NCBI GenBank assembly: GCA_047602425.1
Contig: JASGHG010000001.1
Location: 1-64,000 of the forward strand
Direction: 5' to 3'
Source of the DNA: Nibricoccus sp.
GTDB lineage: Bacteria; Verrucomicrobiota; Verrucomicrobiia; Opitutales; Opitutaceae
Length of the DNA: 64,000 nucleotides
Shown here: positions 46,936 to 57,690 of the stretch, piece by piece
Layout: the number at the start of each line of letters is the position of its first letter
Numbering within the stretch: the stretch's first letter is position 1
Made by a program: the position numbers and the translations under genes
The notes under the pieces: generated by a model
Databases searched by the model: none
What the model was told of the DNA's origin: nothing
The model's input: only the letters and a program-made list of their open reading frames with translations

Positions 46936-49809
46936 ATGCCCCTTATGCACCCACGCAAACTGCTCGCTATTCTCGCGCTAGCCATCGCCCTGCCCTGCTT
47001 TGTTCTCGCCGCACTTCCCGACAAACCTCGTTTCGGTCAGGAGGTCAGCGACCTCAAGCCCGAAGCCGGTGTGCGTTTCGGCAAACTTTCCAATGGCCTT
47101 CACTATGTTGTCATGGCCAACAAGGAGCCGAAAGAACGCGCCTCGCTTCGTCTGCTCATCATGTCCGGCGCGCTCCACGAAACCGACGACCAGCGCGGGC
47201 TCGCACATTTCCTCGAGCACATGGCTTTCAACGGCAGTAAAAACTATCCGCCCGGCACGCTCATCGAATATTTCCAACGCATGGGCATGAGCTTCGGCGG
47301 CGACACCAACGCCTACACGTCGTTCGATCACACGGCCTACATGCTGGAGTTGCCCGACACAAAGCCTGCCACGCTCGATGAGGGCTTCCGCGTTTTCCAC
47401 GACTACGCCGACGGCTTGCTGCTCAACGTCGCCGAACTCGACAAGGAACGCGGCATCATCCTCAGCGAAAAACGCGCGCGCGATTCCATCGAATATCGCC
47501 AGTTTGTCGCCGAATTCGATTTCGTACTCGCCGGCACCTTGCCGCCCAAACGCATGCCCATCGGCGTCGAAGCCGTGATCGAAAAAGCCCCGCGTGACCG
47601 CTTCGCCGATTTCTATGACACGTGGTATCGCCCTGAACGCATGGCCATTGTCGCCGTCGGCGATTTCGATGCCGCCATTGTCGAAAAACAAATCACCACC
47701 GCCTTCGCTTCGCTCAAACCCCGTGCCGCCAGCCGCCCGTCACCCGACATGGGTAGGATCGCCGATTTCCAGGGCGTTCGCGCCATTTATCATGCCGAAC
47801 CCGAGGCTTCAAAAACCAACATCTCCATCCAAACCGTCATACCTTTCGTGGACCAACCCGATACGTCCGCGAAGCGCCTGAGCGAACTCCCGCGCGACCT
47901 CGCCCTCGCCATGCTTAACCGCCGGCTCTCGCAACTCGCGTTGAAGGAAGGCGCGCCGTTCACCGCCGCCAGGGCGGACATTACGGAAAGCTTCGACTTT
48001 CTCCGCAACGCCTCGGTCGATTTCACCTGCAAACCCGAGCTCTGGCGTGAAACGCTCGCCGTCGCCGAACAGGAACTCCGCCGTGCCCTGCAATTCGGTT
48101 TTCAACCCGCCGAACTCGTCGAAGCTATCGCCAATTTCCGCAACCATCTCGATCAGGCCGCGAAGACCGCGTCGACCCGCCACTCGCCTGAACTCGCCGG
48201 TGACCTCGTGGACGCGCTCGTCTCCGGTCACGTCTTCACCTCGCCTGCCGACGATCTCAGCCTTTTCAGCCCCGCACTCGACAAGGTCACGGTGGAACAA
48301 TGCACCGCCGCCCTCCGCGAAGGTTTTTCCGCGCCCGGCCGTTTCGTCAGCGTGATCGGCAACGCCAAGCTCGAAGGCGACGCCGTCGCCTCCATCAAGG
48401 AGACCTACGCCAAATCAGCCGCCACCACCATTGAGGCGCCCGAAAAAGTCGCAGATGCGAAATTCGCCTACACCGATTTTGGTACACCCGGCGTAGTTAA
48501 GGAAAAACGCCACGTCGACGACCTCGATCTCACGCTTGTCACTTTTGCCAATGGAGTTCGCCTCAACCTCAAGAAAACCGATTTCGAGTCAAACCAGATC
48601 CATGTCAGCATTCGCGTCGGCACCGGCCGCCTCACCGAGCCCAAGGACCAACCTGGTCTCGCCACGTTTACCAACACCGTGTTCACCCTCGGCGCGCTCG
48701 GAAAGCACAACATCGACGATCTTCAGCGCATCCTCGCCGGGAAAAATGTCACGCCGGGTTTCCGCGTCGGTTCCGACGCCTTTGTCCTCGGCACTTTCTC
48801 CTTTGGCAATCAACCCCGCCCTGTGCCCACCAACCGCGAAGACCTGCTGCTCGAACTCCAATTGCTCGCGGCCTACCTCACCGATCCCGGGTACCGGCCC
48901 GAAGCGCTCCGTGTCGCCAAAAAGAATTTCGAACAAGCCTACCTCCGTCTCGACCGCACGCCCGATGGCGTGCTCCGCCGCGACATTCCGCCGCTTCTCG
49001 CCTCCGGCGACACCCGTCCCGGCTCCGGCCTGCCGACGAAAGAACAGCTCTTCGCCCGCACACCCGAGGAAGCCCGCGCCTGGCTCACGCCGCAGTTTGC
49101 CCGCGGCCCGATCGAAATCGCCCTCGTCGGCGACCTCGACATCGACGCCTCCATCGACGCCGTGGCCAAAACTTTCGGCGCGCTCCCCGCTCGCGAGACC
49201 AAACCTACCCTCGACGCCGAACGTCGTGTCACCGTTCCCACGCCGCTAACCCGCGACTTTACCGTACCAACCGAAATCCCCAAGGGCATCGTCGCTCTCT
49301 ACTGGCCGACAACCGACACCCGCGACGTCCGCATCGCTCGCCGTCTCCACCTGCTCTCCGAGGTGTTCAGCGACCGTTTGCGCATCAAAGTTCGCGAGGA
49401 ACTCGGTGAATCGTATTCGCCCCGCGCCGTCAGCGACCCGAGCGACACCTTCCACGACTACGGCATGCTTTATACGACGATCACCGTCGATCCCGCGAAG
49501 TCCGCCCGCATCGCTGAAATCACGCTCGGCATCGCCGATGAGCTCGCAAAAAATGGCGTGACCGCCGACGAACTCGAGCGCGCGAAAAAGCCCGTGCTCA
49601 CGTCGCTGCGCGAATCCGCCCGCACGAATCACTATTGGATCAACAACGTCCTCGCCTCCGCACAGGAACAGCCGCAACGCCTCGACTGGTGCCGTAGCCG
49701 TTACGCGGACACTGAGGCGGTGGCCCCTGCCGAACTCAACGAACTCGCCAAAAAATATCTCCCGGCCGCCCGCGCGTTCCGCTTCACCATCGTGCCGGAG
49801 AAAAAGTAA
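46936..49809 (+). CDS. M16 family zinc metallopeptidase (PqqL-like), secreted
   Basis: HFLEHMAFNGS (HXXEH), TNAYTSFD, ERGIILSE, RIKVREELGESY; start probably 46936 or 46945. Confidence 0.92.
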   Translation: MPLMHPRKLLAILALAIALPCFVLAALPDKPRFGQEVSDLKPEAGVRFGKLSNGLHYVVMANKEPKERASLRLLIMSGALHETDDQRGLAHFLEHMAFNGSKNYPPGTLIEYFQRMGMSFGGDTNAYTSFDHTAYMLELPDTKPATLDEGFRVFHDYADGLLLNVAELDKERGIILSEKRARDSIEYRQFVAEFDFVLAGTLPPKRMPIGVEAVIEKAPRDRFADFYDTWYRPERMAIVAVGDFDAAIVEKQITTAFASLKPRAASRPSPDMGRIADFQGVRAIYHAEPEASKTNISIQTVIPFVDQPDTSAKRLSELPRDLALAMLNRRLSQLALKEGAPFTAARADITESFDFLRNASVDFTCKPELWRETLAVAEQELRRALQFGFQPAELVEAIANFRNHLDQAAKTASTRHSPELAGDLVDALVSGHVFTSPADDLSLFSPALDKVTVEQCTAALREGFSAPGRFVSVIGNAKLEGDAVASIKETYAKSAATTIEAPEKVADAKFAYTDFGTPGVVKEKRHVDDLDLTLVTFANGVRLNLKKTDFESNQIHVSIRVGTGRLTEPKDQPGLATFTNTVFTLGALGKHNIDDLQRILAGKNVTPGFRVGSDAFVLGTFSFGNQPRPVPTNREDLLLELQLLAAYLTDPGYRPEALRVAKKNFEQAYLRLDRTPDGVLRRDIPPLLASGDTRPGSGLPTKEQLFARTPEEARAWLTPQFARGPIEIALVGDLDIDASIDAVAKTFGALPARETKPTLDAERRVTVPTPLTRDFTVPTEIPKGIVALYWPTTDTRDVRIARRLHLLSEVFSDRLRIKVREELGESYSPRAVSDPSDTFHDYGMLYTTITVDPAKSARIAEITLGIADELAKNGVTADELERAKKPVLTSLRESARTNHYWINNVLASAQEQPQRLDWCRSRYADTEAVAPAELNELAKKYLPAARAFRFTIVPEKK

Positions 49810-49929
49810 AACCCTCCGCGGGTGTAGTGCATTGGTTCCAATGCGCTGGTTCGGATTCGCCGCCGCCAAGCGCGTTGAGGTCAACGCGCTTCATCCGCAA
49901 GGCACGACGCTGTAGGATCATTACCATTC

Positions 49930-50499
49930 ATGGACAACGCTCTCGACTGGCTCGGCCGAATCTTCACCGACACGCCCTACGTTTATCTTTCGTGGCCCGC
50001 CGTCGGCATGACCCTCGGCTGGCTCCTGGCGCTTTGCTCCAACAAAGCCGCGCAATCCCTCGCTGTCGTTCCACGCACCGCCGGCGGCCTCGTCGGCCTG
50101 CTCACCGCGCCGTTCATTCACGCCAATTTCGCACACCTCGCGGCGAACCTGCCGCCTTTTCTCGTGCTCGGCACATTGGTGCTCTGGCGCGGCGAAGCGC
50201 GTTTCATCGAGGTCAGTCTCATCATCGCCGCGCTGCAAGGCGTGCTGCTCTGGCTGCTCGGACGCAAAGCTGCGCACGTCGGCATGAGCGGCGTGATCTT
50301 CGGCTTTCTCGGCTATCTGCTCATGCTCGCGTGGTTCACCCGTGCGACGCCCGATTTGCTCGCCGCTGCGGGCGTCTTGATTTTCTACGGCGGCATGCTC
50401 GCCGGCGTGGCGCCAGCCCGTGGCTCAACCTCTTGGGAAGGCCACCTCTTTGGACTCTTCGCCGGTCTCGGCACCGCGTGGTTGGTCAACGGCATTTAA
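49930..50499 (+). CDS. Rhomboid family intramembrane serine protease
   Basis: PFIHANFAHLAAN, HVGMSGVIFG, SWEGHLFG. Confidence 0.9.
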   Translation: MDNALDWLGRIFTDTPYVYLSWPAVGMTLGWLLALCSNKAAQSLAVVPRTAGGLVGLLTAPFIHANFAHLAANLPPFLVLGTLVLWRGEARFIEVSLIIAALQGVLLWLLGRKAAHVGMSGVIFGFLGYLLMLAWFTRATPDLLAAAGVLIFYGGMLAGVAPARGSTSWEGHLFGLFAGLGTAWLVNGI

Positions 50500-50614
50500 C
50501 CGAATCGTCAGCAACGTTCTCCCAACTGCGCTCCATCGAGCAGGAATCGTGCATCGTGTAAGGTCGTTTCGAATACACGCAGCCTGCGCCTGTGTTACAA
50601 TCACGCGCGTAGTT

Positions 50615-50641
50615 TAAGGAGGTTCGCAACCGTGCCGTAAT
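50615..50641 (+). promoter_or_regulatory. Putative sigma28 (FliA) promoter
   Basis: TAAG-N15-GCCGTAAT versus consensus TAAA-N15-GCCGATAA, 50 nt upstream of an MCP. Confidence 0.5.
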
Positions 50642-50691
50642 AAGCTTCGGCCAACCGCATTCACTTGGATGCCGAGGTTTCAATTGCACGA

Positions 50692-52218
50692 ATGAAAAAT
50701 TGGACAATCGCAAAACGCATCACCGCGGGTGGTGCCACCTTACTTATTCTCCTGCTCGTGGTGAGCATCATCGCGGTCACTACACTTTCTCGCTTACAGA
50801 CGTTTGCCGGCGAGAAATTGCGCGACGACGCGATTCCGGGAATTGTTCACTCTGCGGAAATCACCGCGCAATCGCTGCGCGGCTACATTCGCCTGTTGAT
50901 GGCTCAAGACGCCAGTGGCGCCGAAGATCTCAAACAGGATGTAGCGCGCTCCGACGGCAACGTTGCCAAAACCGACGAAGCCATGGACCGCTATCAAAAA
51001 GCCATTGCGGCAGAGGACGACCGCCAAAATTTTGCGGAGCTCAAGACAAGGAGAGACGCCTTCTACGCGGTGCGTGCCCAATTCATCGCTTTGCTCAAAG
51101 AAGGAAATGTGCCCGCCGCCAAAGCTTTCAACCACGCCAAGCTTGAGCCGGCCTACCTCGCCTTCCGCGAACAGATTGAAAAAGTCCAACAATGGAACGA
51201 GGCCGCGGCGGTGAGCGTAGCCAATCAAATGGTCGCGACCTGTCGGAGTGCCGAGGTCATCACTTCCGTCGTCGCGGGCGTAAGTATTCTGGTCGCATTT
51301 TTAGTCGGCTGGATGATCATCCGGAGCACGAATCACGCGCTGCAAACCATGGCAACCGTTCTCGACGACGCGTCCACGCAAGTCGCCGCCGCCGCCCAGC
51401 AAGTTTCCAGCAGCAGTCACGCGCTCGCCGAAGGCTCCAGCGAACAGGCGGCCAGTCTCGAGGAATCCAGTTCTTCGCTCGAAGAGCTCGCCTCCATGAC
51501 GCAGCGCAACGCCGACAGCGCACAGGCCGCGAAAAATATTTCCGGAGAAACGCGCACCGCGGCCGATGCCGGCAACTCCGACATGCACGAAATGCGAAAA
51601 GCCATGGACGCGATTCAAAACTCGTCCCACGACATCGCCCAAATCATCAAGACGATCGACGAAATCGCTTTTCAGACGAACATCCTCGCCCTCAACGCCG
51701 CCGTCGAAGCTGCGCGCGCCGGTGAATCGGGCGCAGGTTTCGCCGTCGTGGCCGACGAAGTTCGTGCCCTCGCCCAGCGCTCCGCCAATTCCGCAAAGGA
51801 AAGCGCCAACCGGATTGAAGTCGCCATGCAGAACAGTCAGCAAGGTGTGCAGATTTCCGAAAAGGTCGCACAATCCCTCGGGGTGATCGTGGAGAAGGCG
51901 GGCAAAGTCGACGGACTCGTCGCCGAGATCGCCACCGCATCCAATGAACAGAGCCAAGGCATCGGACAAATCAGCAGCGCCGTGAGCCAGATGGACACGG
52001 TCACTCAGTCCAATGCCGCCAATGCCGAGGAAACTGCCTCCGCCGCCGAAGAACTCTCGAAGCAGTCGCAGACGTTGAAAGATGCCGTCAGTGACCTCCG
52101 CCGCCTGGTCGGCGGCCGTCGTGGAGAAGTGAATACAATCGCCTCCTCCTCGGACGCTCCTCCGACAGTGCGCACCATTCCGCACCAGTCCGCGGTTTTG
52201 CGCAACAGCGTAGGTTAG
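50692..52218 (+). CDS. Methyl-accepting chemotaxis protein (4HB sensor)
   Basis: Two TMs around a four-helix domain; [40 protein letters not shown]. Confidence 0.95.
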   Translation: MKNWTIAKRITAGGATLLILLLVVSIIAVTTLSRLQTFAGEKLRDDAIPGIVHSAEITAQSLRGYIRLLMAQDASGAEDLKQDVARSDGNVAKTDEAMDRYQKAIAAEDDRQNFAELKTRRDAFYAVRAQFIALLKEGNVPAAKAFNHAKLEPAYLAFREQIEKVQQWNEAAAVSVANQMVATCRSAEVITSVVAGVSILVAFLVGWMIIRSTNHALQTMATVLDDASTQVAAAAQQVSSSSHALAEGSSEQAASLEESSSSLEELASMTQRNADSAQAAKNISGETRTAADAGNSDMHEMRKAMDAIQNSSHDIAQIIKTIDEIAFQTNILALNAAVEAARAGESGAGFAVVADEVRALAQRSANSAKESANRIEVAMQNSQQGVQISEKVAQSLGVIVEKAGKVDGLVAEIATASNEQSQGIGQISSAVSQMDTVTQSNAANAEETASAAEELSKQSQTLKDAVSDLRRLVGGRRGEVNTIASSSDAPPTVRTIPHQSAVLRNSVG

Positions 52219-52354
52219 GAGTACTTTGTCCCGCGCTTCTGTATCCTCTGCGGTCAAAAAAAGATGAGTCTCAACGCCTATCTGCATCGTGGCGCTTCTG
52301 CGCGATCCCGGGCCGCCAGTTGACGTTTTCGCGTGTCTGGCCATACGTGCGCCC

Positions 52355-52891
52355 ATGCCTTTGCTCACCATCGTCCCGCCCATGCCTGGCGCCGAGCGCC
52401 GCTTCAAACCCTTTGTCGATTTCGTGCACAGCACCGGCTGGCAGACAGAATTTGTGCGGATAGAGTGGATCGGCGAGCAGCCCAACTTCGACTCGACCGC
52501 ACTCTTCTCCCAAGTCGACCTCCAGACGGCGGGCAAGGTCGTGATGGGTTTCTCCCTCGGCGCACTCTACGCGCATCTGGGCGCGCTGCGCGCCCGCCAT
52601 CTCATCCTCGGATCGATCTCGCCCTTCTTCCTCGAGGACGACGACGAACCGCAACGCTGGATGATCTCCTACCGAGCTGGCAACGCACACACGCCAGCCG
52701 ACATCCTCGTCGGTGCCAAAGAGGACGAACAAATGCACCGCCGCGCCACCTCCCTGCGCGATTTCTACCGCCACCACACCTACACCGACGTCCGCGACGC
52801 CGAGCACGAACTCTGGCACCCGAATTACCTGCAAGCCATCGCAACGTCCCTCGACCGGCTTAAGGCTCAACCGGCCAAACCAGCTGCCTGA
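52355..52891 (+). CDS. Small alpha/beta hydrolase-fold protein
   Basis: GFSLGA nucleophile elbow, ILVGAKED, DAEHEL. Confidence 0.65.
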   Translation: MPLLTIVPPMPGAERRFKPFVDFVHSTGWQTEFVRIEWIGEQPNFDSTALFSQVDLQTAGKVVMGFSLGALYAHLGALRARHLILGSISPFFLEDDDEPQRWMISYRAGNAHTPADILVGAKEDEQMHRRATSLRDFYRHHTYTDVRDAEHELWHPNYLQAIATSLDRLKAQPAKPAA

Positions 52892-52982
52892 GCCAAGCCA
52901 CAGCCCTATGACGTTTATATACAGTGGTTCAAAATTCGTAGGGCTCGACCTGGGTCGATGCCCCTGAAGATTCGTTTCCATT

Positions 52983-54380
52983 CTACGGCTTGCCCGCGGG
53001 TTTGATATTCTGGTTTATGTGAAAAAGATTATCCGGATCGTACTTCGCTTTTAGCTCTGCGAGTCGTTTATAGTTTGGCCCGTAGGCTGCTGCGACACGC
53101 TCGGACTCATCGCCGGTCAGGAAATTTACGTAAACACTGCCGGTAGCAAATGGCTCGGCAGCTTTGTGGAATGCTCGTGCCCAGGCGATGCATGCGCGGT
53201 CCTCTTCCGGAGTTTCCCAACGGCTATGCACGTTCATCGCAAAGTTGGCATCGCGGGCACCGTAGGCGGTGGAGTCAACCGCCGGCTTCGTCACCGCTCC
53301 TCCGAGCGCGCCAATAAAGATTTCGCAATCCGGCGATGGCAGTTGTCTCGCAGACTCGATCGCCGCGTCGAACAAACCCTCGTCCAGTTTCGCGAAGTTG
53401 TGCGACTTCCAATAGTTTCGCGCACCCGGTGCCAGCAATGGATCGAAGGCCTGTTGCCACGCCGTGAATGGCTGCAAGCCCAAATGCTCGCCACACCTTT
53501 TGCCTAAGCCGCGCAACGGTTCCACCAGCGCCAGGCTTTCCTCCAGACGCCCGCCGGTATGGAAAATCGCCAGCACGAGAACTTCGCGTCCGTGGATTTC
53601 CGATGATAGGAACGGAAGTGGCGGCGCCTTGCGCAGGATCGCCCATACGTTCAACTCGAGCGGAGCTGTGGCCATAAACGCCCGGTATTTTTGCAGCACT
53701 GACTTTGCGTCCGTCAGCGGAAAAACAATCAGGCCCGCGAACACCTCAGGCCCCACCCGATGCAGTCGAAACTCGAACTTCGTAACGATTCCGAAATTGC
53801 CCCCACCTCCACGCAAAGCCCAGAAAAGATCGGCGTTTTCCGCCGCGTTTGCGTGCACGGTCTGCCCATCGGCCTTAACCACTTCGGTCGACAGGAGGCT
53901 GTCAATGGTCAGTCCCAGCCGACGCGAAAGCCAACCAAACCCTCCTCCTAACGTGAGGCCTGCAATGCCCGTCGTGGAATTGATTCCGGTCGGAACCGCG
54001 AGGCCAAATTTCTGCGTCTCCCGATCCACATCGGCCAGCGTCGCTCCCGCCTGAACATATGCTCGCTGAGCCAACGGATCGACGTGTACGCGTTTCATCG
54101 ACGACAGGTCGATCACCAGTCCGCCATCGCAGAGCGCACTGCCGGCGATATTATGGCCACCTCCGCGCACTGCAACGTCCAGGCGGTGGGTGCGGGCGAA
54201 GTTCACGGCCGCTGAGACATCGGCGACGTTGGCACAACGCGCGATCGCCGCCGGTCGCTTGTCGATCATCGCGTTCCAAATCGTACGAGCGGCGTCGTAT
54301 CCAGGGGAATGCGGCAGCAATATTTCGCCACCAAATATTTTCTTCAAAGCGTCATACGTTTTCGAATCTACAAGAGCCAT
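52983..54380 (-). CDS. FAD-binding oxidoreductase (VAO/berberine-bridge family)
   Basis: VRGGGHN, GLTLGGGFGWL, ALRGGGGNFGIVT, YVNF, KAKYDPDNLF. Confidence 0.93.
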   Translation of the reverse strand: MALVDSKTYDALKKIFGGEILLPHSPGYDAARTIWNAMIDKRPAAIARCANVADVSAAVNFARTHRLDVAVRGGGHNIAGSALCDGGLVIDLSSMKRVHVDPLAQRAYVQAGATLADVDRETQKFGLAVPTGINSTTGIAGLTLGGGFGWLSRRLGLTIDSLLSTEVVKADGQTVHANAAENADLFWALRGGGGNFGIVTKFEFRLHRVGPEVFAGLIVFPLTDAKSVLQKYRAFMATAPLELNVWAILRKAPPLPFLSSEIHGREVLVLAIFHTGGRLEESLALVEPLRGLGKRCGEHLGLQPFTAWQQAFDPLLAPGARNYWKSHNFAKLDEGLFDAAIESARQLPSPDCEIFIGALGGAVTKPAVDSTAYGARDANFAMNVHSRWETPEEDRACIAWARAFHKAAEPFATGSVYVNFLTGDESERVAAAYGPNYKRLAELKAKYDPDNLFHINQNIKPAGKP

Positions 54381-54761
54381 GGTTGAATCCTCATTTCAGT
54401 TTAATTGTAACCTGACGACCGGTTCGTCTAAAACCGATCGCCAGGTTGTAATGATGTGCCAAATCAACGAACAACCATCCCCTAGGAGAATATTGTCGAT
54501 GATGAGGTGCTTAAGCCGCCGGACGCGCCCACAAGGCGCCAACCCTACCCCCGCGTCGAAATCTCTAACGTAACAATGCTGTTACCAGCAAAGCACCTGC
54601 ATCTACCTGCTGGAAAATAACTTTAACCCGAAAACAAAATTTCAAAATCGCGATGTCTTGGTCGACTAAAGATCCCCCCAGCCAAGCCATCTATTTGATC
54701 CAAGATAAGGCCGCTGCTGGAAAATGTCTTTATTGAGCGAGATCTGCGCTGTCGTTTGTTT

Positions 54762-55550
54762 TCAAGATGCAGGGCCTGCTGTGTGTGAGGCTTTACGTCT
54801 GAGCTCGACTTGAAGATGCCACGCCTGAAGTGCATTGGCATATGTCTCCCCCTGAAGTTTCGGTCCCTCCCAAACCACGGAACTCTTCAACTCGTGTACC
54901 TCACGCATTCGTCGCGATGCCACTTCCTCAGGCAAGTTGAGTGCGCTTTTAAACACGGTTGTGACGTAGCTCATCAGGTTCACGGGATCGTTGAGCACCA
55001 TCACCTGCCATACTTCACTTGTCGCCATACTATTGGCATCTTCCAGCGGCTGTTTCTGTTTCGAGAAAAACTTCTTTACCGGCGAAACCAAAGCTTGCCA
55101 CATCCTTATCGTCCCAGGTGAAAAGGTCGGCACGGCGAGAAGTTTTTCGACAATAGTTTCCTGCAATGTCGCGAGAAAACAATAGCACGTAAACGAAGGA
55201 CGCTCGTCGCCAATATACTTTTCGGGATCTAAGTTTCCGGTTTCCAGAACCGTGTCAGGAATCGACGACAGAGCACTTTTTCTGAGCTGTATGCGCAAAT
55301 AGGAACAGGCCCGAAGTACTACTGGTCCTTCTGATCTGTCTACTGTTATCACTCCGGAATTTGAGAAATCAGGATAGGAAAATAATTCTAGCAATCGGTG
55401 CACCTCTAACCAGTTGACCTGCTGCCGATCCATTTGACCTTTTAACGTTGCAGGATCGGCAATGGCCATTTGGTCAGCTTGCTGCCTAATCAATTCGATC
55501 AAAGGAATGATAACTGGGACCGCCAGTTTGATGTGTATTCGGGTAACCAC
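54762..55550 (-). CDS. ClpS-domain protein with an N-terminal DUF2017-like extension
   Basis: C-terminal WQVMVLNDPVNLMSYVTTVF...MREVHE...VVWEG is the ClpS core. Confidence 0.75.
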   Translation of the reverse strand: MVTRIHIKLAVPVIIPLIELIRQQADQMAIADPATLKGQMDRQQVNWLEVHRLLELFSYPDFSNSGVITVDRSEGPVVLRACSYLRIQLRKSALSSIPDTVLETGNLDPEKYIGDERPSFTCYCFLATLQETIVEKLLAVPTFSPGTIRMWQALVSPVKKFFSKQKQPLEDANSMATSEVWQVMVLNDPVNLMSYVTTVFKSALNLPEEVASRRMREVHELKSSVVWEGPKLQGETYANALQAWHLQVELRRKASHTAGPAS

Positions 55551-55810
55551 TGGCGCAATCTAAGCAGTCGCATTTTAACGAACAATCATATTCCTCCAAC
55601 CGCCATCGACAATTCGTAGTCCAGCAATACCTAATGCGACCGAACCAAATTTCCCGTGGCCATCCATGCGCAGCGTTCGCAATTTGATCTCGCATTGCCT
55701 CAAACGCACGTCCCGACGAGTAGCCGCCGTGCGTTGCCCAAGCCCGGGACCACGAAGGCTTTCATTTGCAGGAGTTGCCTCGCGGTCAATCGACTCCATG
55801 TTCGTTGTCG

Positions 55811-56230
55811 ATGAGTACGTCCGTTCCACTTTTGGCCCGTTTGCTGATCACGGCAGCGACACTCGCGTACGGTGTCGGACCGTTCATAATGGATATGAAT
55901 AAGACGCATTTGGTGCATCCGGCTTGGCCGGGCCATGCGCGCTTCCATCTGTTCTGGGCAGCATCATCGCAACTGGCCGTTGCAGGCGTAGCGCTGTGGC
56001 TATTGTGGGCCAGCGGCGAGCCTGAGCTACTGCACTGTCGGCTAGCCGCGTATCTTGGATTGGCGATGAACTCAGGATTTTTCGCCGCACTGGTATTCAG
56101 AAAATACTTTCGCGGTACTTTGCATGACCCGCAGGGAATTTCTCCAATCGCCGGAAAGATCGATGGCAATATCCTCGCGGTCCTCGCAATCGTCGCGCTC
56201 CTGATCGGGGGTTTGTGCTCCCTAAGCTGA
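55811..56230 (+). CDS. Membrane protein (DUF6640-like)
   Basis: DMNKTHLVHPAWPGHARFH motif, four hydrophobic segments. Confidence 0.75.
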   Translation: MSTSVPLLARLLITAATLAYGVGPFIMDMNKTHLVHPAWPGHARFHLFWAASSQLAVAGVALWLLWASGEPELLHCRLAAYLGLAMNSGFFAALVFRKYFRGTLHDPQGISPIAGKIDGNILAVLAIVALLIGGLCSLS

Positions 56231-56234
56231 GTCA

Positions 56235-57152
56235 TCAACCAGAAGACTTATTGAGACCCGTCTCTTTTAAGACCTTCTCATGATTTTGGCTCTGGCGATT
56301 TATCCGGGGATTTTCGAAAGGTAAGATTTTCCCATTTGCAATATGAAATAAATTGCCGGTCAGACGATAGCTGGGTTTATTCGCGTAGATCTTTTCGACG
56401 GCGCTACGAATCTTCCCTATGCCTGCTTGGTCGTCAGAACTTGTTATGATCAAAACGTCTCGAGTAGGCACCGCGAAAACGGGTTGGCCTGCCAATTCGA
56501 AATTATCCTTCCCCCAAATCCATGGATAGAGAATCAGTGACGATTCATAGGTTCCTCCAGCAGTATAGTAGTAAACACCGTTCAGATCATGACGCTCGAT
56601 CTTCTGCAATCGGCCTTGGAGATTCTTAAGAGCCATAGTGTGCAACCTTTCTAGTGAGAGCCCCAGTTTCTTTACCTCTTCGACGTGCAGGTAGGTTATC
56701 GTTTCACCCCGATCTTGAGCATAAAGTATGACCAGTCCGTCACAGATATCCTCTTTGACGTAGTCGATCATCTCAGCGCCTGACGACGCTTTGATCGCAG
56801 CATTCGTCTCGCGAATCCACTCGGTGTCTTTTATAACTGGCACGATACGGTCTAATTCGATTTTCGAGCTTTCCTGTGGCAGCGCTGCCTTGCCATATCG
56901 GGCAACGATCTCATCGAAATTTTGGGGAGAAAATCGGTATTCGAAAAAGCTATTGTCGAGCCAATGCTTCGAATCGTAGGTGTCGCCGACTTTGATCGAC
57001 AGCTCCAGATCGGCACTCACCGTAACCTGCATTTGCGGGTACAATTCTGTTAGCTTCTTCGCATATTGCGCCGTATATTCAGTCGAATTCATCTCGCCTA
57101 ATAAAGTCAGTGAGCATGACGTTAGGAGCAACGTTGCAAAAAACTTACGCAT
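56235..57152 (-). CDS. DUF1444 (YtpQ-like) protein with signal peptide
   Basis: IVPVIK, LYAQD, ALKNL, YESSLIL, FAVPTRDVLII. Confidence 0.78.
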   Translation of the reverse strand: MRKFFATLLLTSCSLTLLGEMNSTEYTAQYAKKLTELYPQMQVTVSADLELSIKVGDTYDSKHWLDNSFFEYRFSPQNFDEIVARYGKAALPQESSKIELDRIVPVIKDTEWIRETNAAIKASSGAEMIDYVKEDICDGLVILYAQDRGETITYLHVEEVKKLGLSLERLHTMALKNLQGRLQKIERHDLNGVYYYTAGGTYESSLILYPWIWGKDNFELAGQPVFAVPTRDVLIITSSDDQAGIGKIRSAVEKIYANKPSYRLTGNLFHIANGKILPFENPRINRQSQNHEKVLKETGLNKSSG

Positions 57153-57232
57153 AAAGGGCTAGTATCGAAGGTTGGCGGTTAAGCTAACGGCATTATGTCT
57201 AGTATAGCCACCCTGAACTAATCCAAGTCAGA

Positions 57233-57586
57233 CTACCCCCTCAGCACTTTCTCAAGCGCTTTCCCTTTCGCCAACTCGTCGACCAGTTTGTCGAGGTAGC
57301 GGACTTCGCGCATCAAGGGATCCTCGATCTCTTCGATTTTTATCCCGCAAATTGTACCTTTGATTTGATTGCGGAGCGGATTCAGCTTCGGGGCTTGGGC
57401 GAAGAAATTTTCGTAGTCGGTCTGTTTTTTCAATTGCGCGTCCAGTTCGCGCTGGCTGTAGCCGGTCAGCCAATGGATGACGGTGTCGACTTCGGCCTTC
57501 GTGCGTCCCTTCTTTTCCACTTTGGCCACCAACAGTGGATATACTTTCGCGAAGGGCATGGTGTAGATGCGATGTTTCGTGTTCAT
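57233..57586 (-). CDS. DUF2200 family protein
   Basis: [37 protein letters not shown]. Confidence 0.9.
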   Translation of the reverse strand: MNTKHRIYTMPFAKVYPLLVAKVEKKGRTKAEVDTVIHWLTGYSQRELDAQLKKQTDYENFFAQAPKLNPLRNQIKGTICGIKIEEIEDPLMREVRYLDKLVDELAKGKALEKVLRG

Positions 57587-57690
57587 GTGGGGAAAAGCAC
57601 CATGGTTGGAGAGCGCGGCGTTGCAACTGGGTCCCACCCGTAAAAGTCGGGCTCACGTTGCGAATCCCTTCTTCGACCGTAGTCTTCGAG

